Part shown: positions 27,800 to 41,162 of the stretch, one piece after another | How the letters are laid out: every line of letters begins with the position of its first letter | How positions within the stretch are numbered: the first letter of the stretch is position 1 | Assembly: GCA_951406725.2 (NCBI GenBank) | Contig: OX597835.1 | Span: 18,724,001 to 18,788,000, forward strand | Direction: 5' to 3' | Length of the DNA stretch: 64,000 bases | From: Octopus vulgaris | Lineage: Eukaryota | The notes under the pieces: generated by a model | Told to the model about the DNA's origin: nothing | What the model saw: the letters and a program-made list of their open reading frames with translations, nothing else | Databases searched by the model: none | Position numbers and translations under genes: made by a program

Positions 27800-28109
27800 C
27801 TGAAACAAAAATGATGAAAGACTTTCTAAACCTGGCTGCCCTGTCTAGAATATCAAATGTATTATTCCTGTTTTAAGATTTGATTCGGAATTAGTGGTAC
27901 CCATTATAAAATTGCTGTGAGAGTATAGAGAAGGCGCTGTGCTCTTTTCGTTCGATATGATATATAGATCCGTTTAATAATTAAACCGGACATATGATAG
28001 AACAGTCCACAGTATTATATGAAAGATTCCTATCTGTTATTTGAACACGAATACCGAACAATGAATAGGCCATAGACTCCATTTGGTAGATATAAACGTA
28101 TTAAATATG

Positions 28110-28290
28110 AGTTTCAAATTTTGGCACAAGGCCATCGATTTCGCGGAGGGTGTTAACTTGATTATATCGATCACAATGATCAACTGGTACTTATTTCATC
28201 GACACCGAAGGATCAAGGGCAAGTCAGCCTCTGTAGATTATAAACTCTAAACGTAAAGACAAATGAAATCCTGCTAAGCATTTATCCAGG
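28110..28290 (-). mobile_element. Degenerate family-M SINE
   Basis: tttcaaattttggcacaaggcca...caactggtacttatttcatcgac.ccgaagg. Confidence 0.7.
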
Positions 28291-28782
28291 AGTCCTGACG
28301 GCTCCGGCAGCTCGTGGCCTGAGACGGATCAAGTACTGGATCAGCCAGTGTATTACAGTAGTTAAACGACCAAGTAGCGGAAGAGCCACTCTTTATAGTT
28401 GGCATAAGAAGCTTTTGCACAATATTAACGTTATGAAAAACAGATGAGACATAGAAGACTGTATTATAATGGTGGAAATTCCTATTATTTGAACAGCCAG
28501 AATCGTACCATCGACATATCAAGTTTTGGAACCGCAGGCATCTTGCAATAGATATATTATGTAACGCGTGAATGTTTCTCTTAACGATATATCATCTGTT
28601 AGAATAGTTACAGACATAGGATAGACGTATGAAATATTGTAGCTGCCAATATTAATAGCCTGTGTTACATAATGTACGTTACAACTAATGTAGCTTTGGC
28701 ACTTGCAATGGGCATGTGAAATATTGGAACAACTTGTACATCACGATGGACATTGCACTTATTTGCACAACCATAATCTTAC

Positions 28783-28883
28783 AAACATCACTCCAGGTAT
28801 GAGGATTGCCAGTATTTTTGGATGGGTGTCTCAAAGCACGCGGCATTGTTTGAATTGTTGTTCGCAGTCTTAAAATTTTGACA
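28783..28883 (-). CDS. Candidate internal exon (VKILRLRTTIQTMPRALRHPSKNTGNPHTWSDV)
   Basis: Acceptor tttcttcgcctcag and donor gtaaga; 101 nt with only one frame open end to end. Confidence 0.33.
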
Positions 28884-28945
28884 CTGAGGCGAAGAAATGA
28901 GTTTTACAGAAAGACTTGTTTGGCTGTGTGTTATAAATTTGAAAC

Positions 28946-29219
<274 letters not shown>

Positions 29220-29615
29220 GTTTGACTTTTGCTTTATGTCCACAAGTTGGCTCCAAGTCTCACCCAGAGACCTCAAGAGACAACAGGTTGGAAGTTCACG
29301 TTGTTGTTATGCCTAGTGTGCCATATATCTGGGTTTTTTTTTTTTTTGGTGTTGTACTAGTGAATGTCTAATACATAAATTTAAAAAAAAAATATTTGTT
29401 TTAAACCTTGGGATTACACACAGAGTATTTTGCGTAGGATATGAGCAGTTCCCATGAGCACTATCGTTTGAATTTCTGCCATTTTGGGGTTTCCTGGTAT
29501 CTGAGTTAGGTAGCAATCAGCCCCTTTCGCTATCATTCCCAGGGCACCTATGACAACAGGTATTGTTTCAGTCTTCAGGTTCCACATTTTGCTGATTTCT
29601 ACTTCAAGATCTTTA

Positions 29616-29617
<2 letters not shown>
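29220..29617 (-). mobile_element. R4/Dong-clade LINE 3' fragment, family A
   Basis: KDLEVEISKMWNLKTETIPVVIGALGMI, then a frameshift, then QIPGNPKMAEIQTIVLMGTAHILRKILCV*; (TAA)n on both sides. Confidence 0.88.
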
Positions 29618-29696
<79 letters not shown>

Positions 29697-29698
29697 TA

Positions 29699-30044
29699 CT
29701 TTTTTTCTTCTTTCAAATTTGCTTCCATTTCTTGCCGAGTGTCTTCCCGACAAAGAAACTCATAGTATACATTGGTAGGCCATTAAACCAAACTCAATAG
29801 TTCGTTCATTTTTTTATTTTTTTTAAGTTATATTAAAATACATGAGCAGCAACAGTTCTCACATCGACAATGCTCTTCTCAATACGTGTGATGTACCAGT
29901 TAAGACAATCTTTTGCACTTCTTGCAGGGATGGTAAGCCAGGGATCATTCTCATATAATTTTCGGTTCCGTTCTTGATCATTTTTAGTGCTCCTACGATC
30001 ACTAGTATTGTAACCGCCTTGAGATGCCACATTTTCTCAATTTA
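29699..30044 (-). mobile_element. R4/Dong-clade LINE 3' fragment, family B, copy 1
   Basis: Near-identical to 30068-30420; (TAA)n flanks. Confidence 0.88.
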
Positions 30045-30067
30045 TTATTATTATTATTATTATTACA

Positions 30068-30415
30068 TTTTTTCTTCTTTCAAATTTGCTTCCATTTCTT
30101 GCCGAGTGTCTTCCCGACTCCTAGAGCAAAGAAACTCATAGTATACATTGGTAGGCCATTAAACCAAACTCAATAGTTCGTTCATTTTTTTTTTTTTTTA
30201 AGTTATATTAAAATACATGAGCAGCAACAGTTCTCAGCATAGACAATGCTCTTCTCAATACGTGTGATGTACCAGTTAAGACAATCTTTTGCACTTCTTG
30301 CAGGGATGGTAAGCCAGGGATCATTCTCATATAATTTTCGGTTCCGTTCTTGATCATTTTTAGTGCTCCTACGATCACTGGTATTGTAACCGCCTTGAGA
30401 TGCCACATTTTCTCA

Positions 30416-30420
<5 letters not shown>
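30068..30420 (-). mobile_element. R4/Dong-clade LINE 3' fragment, family B, copy 2
   Basis: IEKMWHLKAVTIPVIVGALKMIK...IPGLPSLQEVQKIVLTGTSHVLRRALS; (TAA)n flanks. Confidence 0.88.
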
Positions 30421-30462
<42 letters not shown>

Positions 30463-30603
30463 CAGTTTTTGATGCACAGGTTCTTGGAACACATATTAGT
30501 TCCAACCCACAGGAATATTAAAATTCTTGCGAAAAACGGTGATGTTTGAACTTGAAGTTTAGAAATACAAATCTAAATGGAACTTAGATATTTATTGGAA
30601 TAC

Positions 30604-30649
30604 CGGCGCTCCTTGATTTCTTCTGCTAACTCACTCCACAAATCGATCA
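30604..30649 (-). CDS. Candidate small internal exon (IDLWSELAEEIKERR)
   Basis: Weak acceptor ttttattaaag and donor gtattc; its phase-2 end (cg+t) matches the 28883 exon. Confidence 0.25.
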
Positions 30650-30805
30650 CTTTAATAAAATATCATCACTTTAACAAACATTATCTTATAGCCATCACTT
30701 ACCAATATCGATCGAAGAGAGAAAAATATAGACGTAAATTTGTTTCCTATTTATTTTATAGCATATCATTATCATTATTATTATTATTGTTTTTGTTGTT
30801 GCTGC

Positions 30806-30889
<84 letters not shown>

Positions 30890-30899
30890 GTTGTTGTTG

Positions 30900-30954
<55 letters not shown>

Positions 30955-31029
30955 TTTATTATATTTTTGGCTTTTATTCATTTTGATTTTAGCGATATTT
31001 TTAGTGTTTAACTTTGAACTGAATAATTT

Positions 31030-31220
31030 TTGGCAGCCGAAGAAATGGCGGCATCTCTGTTAATTTTTGTGTGTTTATTATTTCAACCACTTAGTATCAA
31101 ATAGCGAAATCGTCAGTTGTAATTAAAGAGCCTTAGCTATCGGGAACGAATACTTTGATCGAGGCATTAGCCAAGTTGGCACTCGGCCAATATAATACAA
31201 CCACAGTACGTCAGTATAGC
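31030..31220. promoter_or_regulatory. Possible promoter-like motif cluster
   Basis: YY1-like aaatggcggc (~31043), ggccaat (~31186) and a CRE half-site acgtca (~31208) in unique, CpG-containing sequence. Motif evidence only. Confidence 0.18.
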
Positions 31221-31515
31221 TTGTCACTTGTTTGTTTTAGAAGCGATAGCTCTGTTATCAGTTCAGCTGGGAGTTATATAGACAGAGCAATGCTACTCTG
31301 GTGTTAAACATCATTGAAGTGAGGATTGCTGACATCTTTAATTTGCAAACTATATTGTCCATCAACATACGATCATTACACTTCGTATTTTTTTTTTTTG
31401 TTTTCCTTTTAACTTCCCTTCAATTATCCGTTACTTTAAAGTCTTCATCGCGTTATTTCATATAGGAAAATAAATACCCACACAAACACAAATAAATGCA
31501 TATGTGCGTGTATAA

Positions 31516-31583
<68 letters not shown>

Positions 31584-31656
31584 GTGTGTGTGTATGTATA
31601 TATATATATATGTGTGTATATATCTATCTATGTATCTATATCTATATATATATATG

Positions 31657-31742
<86 letters not shown>

Positions 31743-32291
31743 AACTTATGTATATTTAAACGCACCAAAGATTTATTTATCTCTGCACTATCACAGACTC
31801 TGAGCAATGTCGTTGGATTTGCTTGAATACATTATTCCGAAAATCAATTTCCTGGTAGAATTTATGTGGGTAGTGGGTTACTCCCAATAACCTTAGTTGT
31901 CCACGTGATTTGTTATAGGGCACCGAGTGCTCAAAAACATTCCTGATGACCTTTCCTGTTTGTAAAGTGACAAACTGGCAAACCCACTCTAGAAGCTTTA
32001 CAAGACATTCAGTTCCATTCTTCTTTATCCATTCGTCTATGGAATCATTAACAGTCTCTAATAAGCCCATTATCTCAGGTAAAACATTCACAGATTTCTT
32101 TCAACAGATCCGCGCACTCAGGAATCTAAGTGGTTGAATTGTTTCAAATCTTCATTGGCTTTCTTCACACATTTAGTATCAAATGGACAAGATGAACGAA
32201 TCTGAATGGATATTATTGTTGATGCTGATGTTGTTGTCGTTGTTGTTGTTGTTGTTATTATTATTATTGTTATTATTATTATTATTATTAT

Positions 32292-32323
<32 letters not shown>

Positions 32324-33282
32324 TTCTTAGTGTCTGAAGCAAAATGATACTGATTCGTGACACGTAAGTTTTCTATAAAACTCGGTTTAATAGTTGGCAT
32401 TATACCGCTGCCCATAATGTATCGACTGTTGTCGACTTTATACAATAAAATTTATATGTTAAGCATTACCATATGAAATGCCAGTTGATGTTCTGCCCAT
32501 TGGTCGTGGAGGTACTCTATTAACCTATTTTCTACAATACTCTCGTTGAGCAAAACCTCACCAAAGAAGGTCCTCACATTACTGTGTTAGAGCAGGAAAT
32601 AAATTACCATATAACTCACCGTCGAGCAGGAATCGTCCACATAATAATTTTACAGCTAACACATAAAACCTGTAGCTTTCAGTAAAATGATGTAATGTGC
32701 CCATAACCAGCGGTCCGCATCTATTCAGGAGGTGCAAGTGTGGCAGGGAATCGAGCCATTTTACGTAAATGTTGTAGCTTCATGATTGACAACGTGAATA
32801 ATTTTGGGGACACATCATTTTAAATCACTGTTCCACAAATTACATCAAATAGTAGGATTTCAAATTCCTATGTCACAACTCTTTGGCAGTAGCGATTTTC
32901 TTGAATTCAGTTATTACATTTCAAGTACAATTTCATGTTTTCTGGAGTTCATCTACATTGAAGATCACGCTGATTCTATTTTGTCGACAATCTGAAAAGT
33001 TCCGTCTGCTTTATCATGCCTTTAATTTAAGTATCTTTAAATAGTTAGTTGTATCTGCTTGAAATTCCCTCCTAATCTGTTTGTTGCCACTTCGACTAAA
33101 TTTTCAGATATGCATTACTGTTTTTGTAAAAACCTTAATCTGGCGTCCTTTATAATTGTTAATGCCTTAATAATGAAATACAAGTTACAGAATTTCCCAG
33201 CTGCTAAATTCTCTAAACATTTTGGGGATAACATGTATCACTCTCAACCCTCTTCCTCTCTCTACTTCTCTGTCTGTCTGTT

Positions 33283-33356
33283 TATCTATCTATCCATCCA
33301 TCCATCCATCCATCCATCCATTCATCTATCTCTCTATCTCTCTATCTCTCTATCTC

Positions 33357-33443
<87 letters not shown>

Positions 33444-33456
33444 GTCTGTTTCTCTG

Positions 33457-33507
<51 letters not shown>

Positions 33508-33512
33508 GTCTG

Positions 33513-33566
<54 letters not shown>

Positions 33567-33600
33567 CATCCATCTATCTATCTATTTCTCTATCTTTCTA
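33283..33600. repeat. (ATCT)n/(ATCC)n/(GTCT)n microsatellite
   Basis: Seen directly. Confidence 0.96.
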
Positions 33601-33667
33601 TCGTTTCATTAATCTCACTATATTTAGGAGAGTAATGTAGTTCGCTTGAAGCATTGTGTATTGTTTG

Positions 33668-33698
<31 letters not shown>

Positions 33699-34562
33699 CG
33701 TATTAGTGTGGCTGTGTGATCAAATTTAAGGTAATGATATAAAATCACCCAGAAATAATTAAAAATACACATATTTAGAGAGATATACAATTATTTATGT
33801 TGTATATGCTGAGTATCTAACAGGAGTGTCTATTTCGATTCTGTATTCCCACCTGACATGTGCAAACATGTACATCTGTAATGTGTGCGCGTATAAGCTG
33901 CATAAACTTGAATGTATGCAGAAGATTACAGCCTCCTATCCGTTTTTGTGTGCACACTCGCTTACACACACAAATAGGCGCATTAATCTATTATGCCGTT
34001 TTATAATTTTGCTCATCCCAACATTAAATTTTATTTTGTCGATTATTCATGCGATTGAACTAAGGAAGCAGCAGGCAAAAAGAATATTAGTAAATCCATA
34101 GAAATATTGAGATTAGATCTGTCGACGAAACACAATTTGAATTTGCTGAGCGCATTCATATGTTTAGTTGATAAATGGGTTAAGGATACTAATGTAAGAC
34201 AGAGGAAAAAGATAATGTGTTTTTGCATGTGAATAGATGAATGTATCATGTATTTTGAATAGATTAATATATGACCCAAGTTCTAACGATTATTTGAGAA
34301 ACAATCAATCCTGGAACATTTCTCATATTTCAAATTCTAAATGAACATTTTTTTTTTGCTTGTATATTATCAAGCTTTTTTCAAACTTCAATTATTTAAA
34401 TAATTGGGAATGGGAAATACGGAAATACGATGCAACGAGCTTCAACCTCTGATAAAACGCACATGTATTATTCGGCGCTTGTGATTAGAGAATTCATCAG
34501 ATGGAAGATCGAATATTTTGCACTGCAAAACATATACGCGTACATACAGATATGTGTAGGAA

Positions 34563-34593
<31 letters not shown>

Positions 34594-34766
34594 GCGGGCA
34601 ACGTAATAAAATAGAAACATACCAATACTAGAAATGAAATTAAAAGCTGGACAAATAATTAACTGAAACTAATCACTCTACAAAAACATTAGGCTCAACA
34701 TGATTACAACATACGCACGCACAGACGAGACCTACATACCTTGCATATTTCCTAAATGCGAATGCT

Positions 34767-34860
<94 letters not shown>

Positions 34861-35038
34861 TATGTATGTGTGTGTGTGTGTATGTGCATATATACATACA
34901 TACATATATATATATATTTCATTTTCCTTCCGTTAAATGTAATGTTATTTCTACTTGGGAACATCTTTTCTGTGGCTATACTAACGGAGCTATTTTTAGC
35001 ACTAGAGCTATCCACATAGTGGTAACTCTCTAATAATT

Positions 35039-35094
<56 letters not shown>

Positions 35095-35097
<3 letters not shown>

Positions 35098-35345
35098 GCG
35101 CCCTTTTTAAAGCCTAGCCAGGTTCATGCGCCCGGTTTCCCGGTTTCAAATGCATATGTGTTCCCCAGCTGGACGGGACGCCAGTCCATCGCAGCGTTAC
35201 TTGTTTTTGCCAGCTGATTGGACTAGAACAATGTGAAATGAAGTGTTTTGTTCAAGAATACAAGACGTCGCCCGGTCCAGGACTCGAAACCACAATCTTA
35301 CGATCATGATGCTGACACCCTAACCACTAAGCCACGCGCCTCCAC
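35095..35345 (-). mobile_element. tRNA-derived V-domain-like SINE (head A, V body, tail X)
   Basis: Minus-strand head ggcgcgtggcttagtggttaggg is the same as at 2982; contains gcgatggactggcgtcccgtccag; (TA)n flanks. Confidence 0.88.
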
Positions 35346-35362
35346 TATATATATATATATAC

Positions 35363-35413
<51 letters not shown>

Positions 35414-35932
35414 CTGACTGAGAGATAGATAGTTAGATACATGCATACATACATACATAAACAGATAAAGATATAGGTACGATTTAGTAGACCGATGATC
35501 GAATTTGGCACTTAATCCATTGTGTTAGGTGCTAGCAGTATTCGTAATAACTGCTTGACTCCGCTTCATATATCATCATGATTCATGTGTTAGATTAACG
35601 GATGTGTCCCATCAGATATCTATTTAAATATCTATTGAAATGTATCTGTCATGTCACTAAAGTAGCTGAACCAATCACTAGATATCTCACATGGTCTGTG
35701 ACATTCGGGCGATTCTTTTGACACTCGGTGTCGTTTGGAGAACCTCCACAGAAAGCTATACCGCAGGAAATTTAATGCCTAAATCAAACCCTGCTTTGAA
35801 TTAATTATTCAATCTATTAAACCGTATTGAGAATATTATTAAATATGAGACGTTATTAAAGCAGGGATTTTGTAGGTTGCATTAACTCGTCCTCTGTGTT
35901 CGTATATTTATATATATATATGTGTGTGTGTC

Positions 35933-35963
<31 letters not shown>

Positions 35964-36769
35964 ATGTGTTTCACTCATTGGACTATGGCCATTGCACAAT
36001 AGAGTTTGATTAAGACGGTAGAAATTTTCCTCTTTCCACTTTATGAGAATAAATTTAATCCAAACCTTTGTTTCTGCACCCAGGCCTCCATTAAGGAAAC
36101 AATTCCGCACCAAATTACATATAATTTTCCCCTGATATGCGTTCATGCTGAATTTTGCTTTGCGCTCTGTGTACGTATCTCTCAGTTCGAGCGATTGTGT
36201 ATGTGTGTATGCCGATCTGTCTGTCTGTTTCACTCTGACTTTCAAATCGTTTCCTTCGTATCCCTCAGTAAATATATACAAGCGTATATATATCTGCAAG
36301 ACATTGCGAATATGTGCATGGATATGGAATGTGAATAGAAAAAAATTGAAACAACTGCTAAATATAAGAACATGATAAAAACGAACGTCTGTGATACTTT
36401 ACGCATTCGTTATATACCGCACACATGTTTGTTTTATGCAACCATAATGCTGCAATATCTGTACGTTAAACTCATGTGAATGTAATTCGCTGTTTGGTAA
36501 ACTGAGTTCGTTGTACGAGTCCACGAAATGTTTACGATGTATGGAAGTGTATCGGACTCTAAAATGTAAGTTTGTGTTTGTTTATGTGCGGTGAGCACAT
36601 ATAGATATAAGTCTATGTTTACATGGACATAAAACATATATACAGACATACAAACACACATACCAGGTACACGCTTATAAATATATCTGTATACGTACAT
36701 ACATCTATACATATATATATAAATATATGAAAGAATGGAGTTGAACGACGAATTAACAAAATTCCTTTG

Positions 36770-36852
36770 TTTTCGACATATGTTTCGAAGGCTGGATATT
36801 CATAATTGCGAAGGAATAAGGAGTATATTATGCCGCTTTCTCATCAGGAAAA
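36770..36852 (-). ncRNA. Type I hammerhead ribozyme motif (mirror copy)
   Basis: Reverse complement of 37002-37084. Confidence 0.85.
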
Positions 36853-37001
36853 GGAAGGAACTTATGTCAACATCAAGATGCACAAAATACTTTTAGATGA
36901 CTGCTCACACGGAGCCCATAGTGATATTATCACTATGGGCTCCGTGTGAGCAGTCATCTAAAAGTATTTTGTGCATCTTGATGTTGACATAAGTTCCTTC
37001 C

Positions 37002-37084
37002 TTTTCCTGATGAGAAAGCGGCATAATATACTCCTTATTCCTTCGCAATTATGAATATCCAGCCTTCGAAACATATGTCGAAAA
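37002..37084 (+). ncRNA. Type I hammerhead ribozyme motif
   Basis: UUUUC-CUGAUGA-GAA..(long stem II)..UUC-GAAA-CAUAUG-UC-GAAAA. Stem I is UUUUC/GAAAA, stem III is the palindrome ACAUAUGU, and the GUC cleavage triplet is at 37077-37079. Confidence 0.87.
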
Positions 37085-37267
37085 CAAAGGAATTTTGTTA
37101 ATTCGTCGTTCAACTCCATTCTTTCATATATTTATATTTAAAAAAATAACATACAAATTTCCACACGAAAGCACGTAACTTCAAACGAGTCTTCTCCGAT
37201 GTGAATTTGCTACCCAGGTATCGGTTAACCGAATTATCTATAACAAGATAATTCATTCAACTACTCT

Positions 37268-37301
<34 letters not shown>

Positions 37302-37427
37302 TATATATATATATATATTTTTTTTTTTAGAGACATTTTTATTGATCGAATTTAAGGTTACTTTATTCTTTAGAAAAGTAAATTATTCCTAATTTTCAAA
37401 TTTTTAAATTTTTAAATTTTATTTTAT

Positions 37428-37628
37428 CTAGTCTCAGCTCACGAGCTGTGGTCATGCTGGGGCACCACCATCCGGTGTTGCTACATGATTTGGCATCACA
37501 AATGCTTCTTAGCAATTGCCATTTGGTGCATGAGAGATTTCGATGCAGCTGCTCTCATCTGCACCTCCTGCCCAGTGAAGTTAGTTCATCTGGGATCACC
37601 TGACAGGAAGAGATCCAGCATTTCGGCT

Positions 37629-37631
<3 letters not shown>
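37428..37631 (-). mobile_element. 5'-truncated retroposon sharing the family-C 3' tail motif
   Basis: Minus strand ends ggtgccccagcatgaccacagctc...gagctgagact, like the family-C tail ggtgctccagcatggccgcagtc...gactgaaac, but the upstream sequence differs. Confidence 0.55.
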
Positions 37632-37715
<84 letters not shown>

Positions 37716-38521
37716 AGAGAGGGAGAGAGAAAGAAAGGGAGGGGGAAAGAAAGAGACCTATCGGTTTTAGTAGAGAGAGGGAGAAAGAAAGGAGGGGAAA
37801 GAAAGAAAGAGTAGAGTAGTAAAATATGGAAGAAAATGAAGTTAATTATGTATATATATAACCACTCACTTAAACTGAATTGTGCATAAATATATGAGTA
37901 TAGGCACATACATTATATATATATATATATATATGCACGTGTGTGTCTTGCTAAATACGTATTTCTGTGTGTACATATGTATTTATATTTGTATCTTTAT
38001 TTCTCTGTATACAACTACTTGTAAATGATATTTATTCTTTCATAGAATTTCCTTTAAATAAATGTCAAATAAGCGAATTCAACCAAGCTGAAAACTTATC
38101 AACAATCAGCAATGGCCTGAGGCAAAGCGACTCCATTAATAACAGTGAAGTTATTTCAAAAGACACCTTTTCTTTGAAACCTTCTCGCATATCTATCAGT
38201 GCAATCCTGACATAGTATCAACCGAAAACCGTAAAGTAGTGATTCACGCACTTTATTATGATTTCAGCCTCAAACAATGCATGTGTTATAAGTAACACCC
38301 CTATTCAGAGCGTTAGCCTCAAGGTTAGCAGCGCCCAACCTTGGAAGACACGAATGGAAGAAAAGAAAACCCTCGTAAGTATTACGCTGAACGTTAAATG
38401 ACAATACTCTTTAAGATACGATGTGTGATACTTAGGATAATATTTACAATTACGCACATGTTGATGAATGTAAATTTGTAAGTGTACGTATTTACGTGTA
38501 TATACAATATGTATATACATA

Positions 38522-38908
38522 GGCGCAGGAGTGGCTGTTTGGTAAGTAGCTTGCTAACCAACCACATGGTTCCGGGTTCAGTCCCACTGCGTGGCATCTT
38601 GGGCAAGTGTCTTCTGCTATAGCCCCGGGCCGACCAATGCCTTGTGAGTGGATTTGGTAGACGGAAACTGAAAGAAGCCTGTCGTATATATGTATATATA
38701 TATATAAGTGTGTGTGAATATGTTTGTGTGTCTGTGTTTGTTCCCCTAGCATTGCTTGACAACCGATGCTGTTGTGTTTACGTCCCCGTCACTTAGCGGT
38801 TCGGCAAAAGAGACCGATAGAATAAGTACTGGGCTTACAAAGAATAAGTCCCGGGGTCGATTTGCTCGACTAAAGGCGGTGCTCCAGCATGAAACAAGTA
38901 AAAAGAGT
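38522..38908 (+). mobile_element. Family-C SINE, full length with a small tail deletion
   Basis: Near-identical to the copies at 17845 and 57396. Confidence 0.93.
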
Positions 38909-39329
38909 AAAAAAAGAAAAAGATTATACTAATTCACATAAACACGTAAGCGTTTATTTCATATAAAGCGACATAGTTATAATGTATAGGTTTTGTTATG
39001 CATGTAAATATATAGAAAGCGATACACAGTTTTTATTTATTATCTAGGGAAGAGAATAAGATTTATTAGATTTATTATGTATCTTTTTGGCTGGGGAGCA
39101 AGAGTGAGGAGTTGAGCAGGAACAGTGACTTGGTCACCAAAGGGAGGGTTTTACGGTTCAGAGCAGACGAACCCGAAGCATGTTTGATACCGTCTGATTA
39201 CATCAGTGCTTCGTGGCCTAAGCTTTATACGCATTGGTGAATGGAAAAACCATCCGCCTTTTACTTATTATTATTAGAATATACGTGTGTGTATGTGTGT
39301 ATTTTTGTGTGTTTGTGTGTATATGTATG

Positions 39330-39568
39330 TATGTATGTAATATGTGGAAGGGTTTGTCTCTCAGTGGGAGGTCTGAAAAGAGAGTACATACGATGCCACC
39401 TGTTTCTCTGCCAACCAGTCAGCCAGCACAGGTGTGTAGTATGTAATAAAATGTGTAAAACTTTGGCTGGGCTTAAAAGTCATATGAGGGCATCACATGG
39501 CATTAGCAATGAATCAATTCAGTAAGTCTTCTTAACAATGGCTTTCCTTGCGTAACGAGAGCGGATCG

Positions 39569-39572
<4 letters not shown>
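39330..39572 (+). mobile_element. Probable RTE-type LINE 3' fragment with tandem C2H2-like fingers
   Basis: CGRVCLSVGGLK...CVVCNKMCKTLAGLKSHMRASH..* followed by a short UTR and (TA)n; no TGEKP linker. Confidence 0.6.
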
Positions 39573-39623
<51 letters not shown>

Positions 39624-39626
39624 TTG

Positions 39627-39658
<32 letters not shown>

Positions 39659-39718
39659 CACACACACATATATATATGTATATATGTATTTACATATATA
39701 TGCATATATGTATGTATG

Positions 39719-39786
<68 letters not shown>

Positions 39787-39789
<3 letters not shown>

Positions 39790-40150
39790 AAAAGCCATTA
39801 CCCAATATCATTAATAAATGAAGGCATTAAAAGGGCTAAGGAAATAGATATAGAAATGTCAAGGCAAACCAGCAGAAATACTAAACCAGACTTAAAAATA
39901 CTCCCGTACATTGCCACGCATAACCGTAGATACAACGAAGCCTCCAACATTATCACACAAAATCTTCCCATCCTCACACCAGACAAAACAATGAACGAAA
40001 TTTTAAGCTCATGCAAAATTATAAAAAGCAAAAAGCAACCGAAGTCACAACAGGATCCAATGGACAACCGAGCGTGCGGAAATATGTAGGGGTAACGGAA
40101 GGCACCTTCAAAACACGCTTTAATAACCATAAGTCTTCATTCAAATACAC
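39787..40150 (+). mobile_element. Penelope-like element fragment (RT thumb/linker plus GIY-YIG YVG segment)
   Basis: [15 protein letters not shown]...LPYIATHN...[13 protein letters not shown]...[10 protein letters not shown], then in another frame [21 protein letters not shown] (40083-40145). Confidence 0.85.
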
Positions 40151-40444
40151 GCTCTCGTACATATATAACCCACCATGACTGTAAGCAAAGGTCCCTTCCG
40201 CAAACGAACTTCTTACCAAAGCCCTTCAGCCCAGCAAAACAAGTATGACCAAAGCACCTATGCATCCATGTACACACACGCACACCACTATAAAGCGTAC
40301 ACACCGGAAAAAATTATCTCCCACCACCTCGAACATATACGCTCTCACGCAAATTATACCCCACATATACACAGACCACATGCACACACATTACACATTA
40401 CACACTGCAAGCTAACATATCCCTCTCCCCACGAATTTATCCTT

Positions 40445-41150
40445 TACAGAAAAAACAAACAATACCAAGAGTTACTGGAAGTAATGTTGATAAAGTCTCA
40501 AAATACTTCAGGTTCATTCTCGTCAGACAGCGTAGCAATTTCAATTGGAAAACTTATTTATAACCCAGAAGATGGTACTACTTTTTCTTTATATTTGAGA
40601 AGATACAAAGAAGTCTTCAAAGAATAGGGTAAAAATAGAAATGCCAGGAAGAAGGTGTGAATATTTTCAGAAAGTTTTCTCCCTGACAAACACGAAAAAT
40701 ACTGTAACTATACCCTCCCGGAGAAATCAGGTGAGATTTGTTTCGATGAAACAGTGAATTTGATATCGGAATTGGCAATGTTTAAATTTACCTAAAGATG
40801 ATGAAAATTTCGTCACTTATGCTGGGGTCGTTAAAAGGGAGTATGAAAAATTTGAATTAAATGAATTAACGGAGATTTGTTCAAATGTCTAATTATTGTT
40901 TAAGGAAGAACAGCAAGAAAAGATGCTGATTTATGTTCCTGTATATTTACAAAATTAGAACTGGACCAAAAATTAACTCTATAGGCAGTGGCTGAAGAAT
41001 GCCAAAGGATTATAAATTGAAAACATGATGCGGATAAAATTGAAGAAAAAAATTGCTCTCAGATAAATGCGTTTCGTCCTGAAACGGTTGAGAGAAAAGT
41101 AAAACAAACGCCAAGACCACAACCGTGCTAATTGTGCGGAGTCAGAATGT
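40445..41150 (+). mobile_element. Degenerate Gypsy (Mag/K02A2.6-like) gag fragment
   Basis: YNPEDGTTFSLYLRRY..HEKYCNYTLP..FDETV..NFVTYAGVVKREYEKF..FKCLI..KLE..KLTL*AVAEECQRIIN, with stops and frameshifts. Confidence 0.85.
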
Positions 41151-41162
41151 CTATATATATAT

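Larger units (their letters stand above)
36717..37137. repeat. Perfect palindrome with 210-bp arms and a 1-nt centre (36927); inverted Penelope-type pLTR
   Basis: 36717-36926 reads as the reverse complement of 36928-37137. The arm is homologous to the Penelope end at ~55780-55976. Confidence 0.95.

Noticed and set aside
30604-32655. Insulin B-chain resemblance in LCGRFLLDVIDLWS
   Set aside because: The second B-chain cysteine is missing, no A-chain cysteine pattern or signal peptide is present, and it depends on a speculative splice.
35856-36299. 147-aa minus-strand ORF
   Set aside because: It runs through simple repeats and shows no motif; probably a chance frame.
38046-38374. Plus-strand exon-like segments (acceptors near 38045 and 38308, donor gtaagt near 38375)
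   Set aside because: No recognisable protein and no consistent partner exons.
39241-39525. Host C2H2 zinc-finger gene
   Set aside because: It has no TGEKP linkers, the first finger is broken, and it ends in a short UTR plus (TA)n, which fits a LINE C-terminus better.
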